Source of the DNA: Balanoglossus misakiensis
Lineage: Eukaryota > Animalia > Hemichordata
NCBI GenBank assembly: GCA_040954595.2
Contig: CM082586.2
Location: 463,123-527,122 of the forward strand
Reading direction: 5' to 3'
DNA length: 64,000 bases
Positions 61,558 to 64,000 of this stretch are shown in pieces. The notes beneath the pieces were generated by a model, which searched no databases, was not told the origin of the DNA, and saw nothing but the letters and a program-made list of their open reading frames with translations. The stretch's first letter is position 1. Every line of letters begins with the position of its first letter. Position numbers and translations under genes: made by a program.

Positions 61558-64000
61558 TTATGTGTAGTACTCTCCGCTGGGTAGTTCATTGCGATGTCGT
61601 AGTAGAGGTGCTCTTTCATTAATAGCAGACGATCGCGGTTTATCTTGAAGTTGTTCATTGTACAACTTTGCTTTATTCACCGAAGGACCTGAGGAAAGAC
61701 ATAAAAGAAGATTGTAAATTGCTGTATCAAGATAAGATATACAAATCTGTAGTATTTATGTAGTGTTTTGTTAAGGCAGTCAAAATAAAGGCAACTGAAA
61801 AATTGTAGCTATTCAATCCACTGACTCTAGACCCTCTCACCCCCAGTTCCCTATTTAGAGGTCCAACCTTACCACAGAAAACAATGGGTTTGGACTGAAC
61901 CACAGTAGTGAAGGGGTTAGATTTTTACTCACCAACATAACTGAGCAGCACTGGAAGGAATATCAAACCATGAGCAGCTCCAAACAACACGATGCATAAA
62001 TACATCCTGAAGTAGAAGACTTTGAATATCTGAGATTTGGCAAAGGCAAGAACTATGATGCCTACAAACTTGGTCAAGGTAATTCCACTCAGGACCTGGA
62101 AATAAGAAGACGATTATATAAATATATGGAATTCTGTGTGTGAGTGTGGAATTCTGTATGGGAGTCAAAATATTCTTTCCAGATGTGATTCAGTAATTCT
62201 CTTAACTTACCGAGCTTCCCATGTGACCCAGTGCATATTCTGCTCGTTCTTTCCTGGTTGGTCGAGTGTTGACCGCAAAGGCTCTCACTGTATGGGAACA
62301 GAATTCAACAGATATACCAACAGCCTGGAAAAAAATAAAATGTTAGTTGAAGTGTGAGAGATACACACAATGTTGGCCATACATGGTATATGTAAATGAA
62401 GGATCATCAAGAACTTACCATCACTAGATTGACTAAAGACACAGCATTCAAAGTGATATTCCACAGGTACATAACTCCCATGATGTTCACAACAATCATA
62501 ATTATCGTTAAGCAAATGATCAGCGCTGAGTAGAAGGCCAGACCAAGAAGTACAAAGGTCACAACAAAGATGGCTGCCAAAGAGATCCCCAGATTGACCA
62601 TAGCGTCATTCTTGATGTACAAATACTGCTCGTAGTAGACATAGAACACACTGAAATAAAAACAAAAAATTTAATTTATTTTGTGATGTGTGGGAGTTAG
62701 GTTTGTAATTCAGAGCTATCACGACACACAATTACAAACTCTCAAAAGTGAATTGATGACATACCTGTATGGATAGACCTCAAAGTCATCATCTTCTACA
62801 TCTAACATGGACGTAATGTTAGCACTTATGTTTCTAGCACGTTCCAAAGCACTGATAAAATCTGATGAGGTTTTTAATGTTGTGTGGTACGTCATGAAAT
62901 ATGTGGCTGGACAAGAAAAGAGATTTATTAGCAATAATCATTATTGAATGACTTCAGGACGTACATCAAAGACAAAATACCTTTTTTCCACATCTCAGAA
63001 TGAAATTGTTGTATTTACATGAAACATGGCTGTACTCACCTCCAACCTGACCTTTGTCCAATGTTACTGCACTACCATACGCAGCATGTCCACTGAAATG
63101 AAAATGGCCGAGGAGAATTGTTATTAATGATACATTAAAATCTGTGGTGCAGTTTGGGTCGTGTTTGAACACAAACAGAAAAACACATTATACCATTTCT
63201 CACACTTTCAAAATGATCTTTACTTTAGATTCAATGACTAAGTACAATTGAATATCAGACTGAAACAAATCTTACCCTTTGGCACATTCTTTTCCTGGGT
63301 TGTCTTCTAAGAAATAAGGCAAATATTTGGTGAACTCCATTCCAATTGGTCTTTGACCTTTCTCTGATCCTCCGTGGCATGCTAAACATGTTTTATTTGC
63401 CCCCACTGACAAAAAAAGAAATAAGATTTCTGATGATATCTGGTTTTGATAAATCTGATAAAGGTGTGTCCAAATATTTAAGTGATGAACAATATCCTAT
63501 ACTGTTTAGTTGAATACGTACCTGTGGCTGGACAGAAGGGATGTCCTGATTGGTTGTAATAACGGCAACATGGTATAGCACCCCCTGCATTCAACCAATC
63601 AAAGTAATCGTCTAACCAAGAGCTTGCTGGGTGGGCAATCCTAGTACTGTAGTCAAGTAAAAACAAAAGAACCATTTAATGGCATGAACATGATTTGATT
63701 GTACTCTTCAGTATTTTCTGTTATATGTATTGGCTCCAGTTCCCTTGCTGCTTGGAAAGATACACAGATAAAAATTCAAAACCAAATCAAAAGTTACAGG
63801 TACTCACTATTCACTAAGCTCTGATGCGTGATATATCTGTGATGTAAATGAATCCACATTACATCCAGATCCTCCACAAATCTTATTCTGACCCTCTTCT
63901 GATGTGAAGTCATATCCTTCTTTGGTGACGAAATAAACCGGTGCTCCAACATTTAGATAATCACTGATACTATTGAAATAATCAATGACGTACGAGTCCT
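61558..64000 (-). CDS. NPC1: Niemann-Pick C1 protein, 3' exons (5'-truncated by the window)
   Basis: Motifs [126 protein letters not shown]; dileucine ERAPLL; stop at 61558. Confidence 0.96.
61831..61920. mobile_element. piggyBac-type MITE copy (degenerate) in the last NPC1 intron
   Basis: Similar to 43480-43555 and 56941-57032. Confidence 0.6.

Noticed and set aside
1-64000. Prokaryotic systems (operons, CRISPR arrays, defence islands) and tRNA/rRNA genes
   Set aside because: The genes are spliceosomal-intron animal genes; I saw no repeat-spacer array and no recognisable structural RNA.

Overview
Gene-dense, AT-rich, intron-containing animal DNA; it is not prokaryotic. Gene content suggests a marine invertebrate, plausibly a non-vertebrate deuterostome (inference). 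Reading splice sites by eye gives 12 protein-coding genes. In order: a membrane-anchored coiled-coil ORF running off the left edge (missing from the ORF track), an 11-exon carotenoid oxygenase (RPE65/BCO family), two divergently transcribed globin paralogues, DNALI1, EMC2, TRMT11, PTP4A/PRL, PSMF1/PI31, a DIDO1/PHF3-type PHD-TFIIS-SPOC gene, a peflin-like penta-EF-hand gene, and the 3' part of NPC1. Several non-autonomous DNA transposons are also present. The most unusual observations are: (1) the carotenoid oxygenase keeps all four Fe-binding His but has a predicted signal peptide, N-glycosylation sequons and a GPI-like tail, making it a candidate extracellular/luminal enzyme, and it lies tail-to-tail with a predicted myristoylated globin; (2) a 41-codon uORF spliced across an 8.4-kb intron in the PRL 5' leader; (3) hypoxia-response-element clusters between the two globins; (4) nested AcademH-like MITEs with intact target-site duplications; (5) the same repeat ~140 bp upstream of two unrelated start codons. 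All coordinates were derived manually and no database searches were run.
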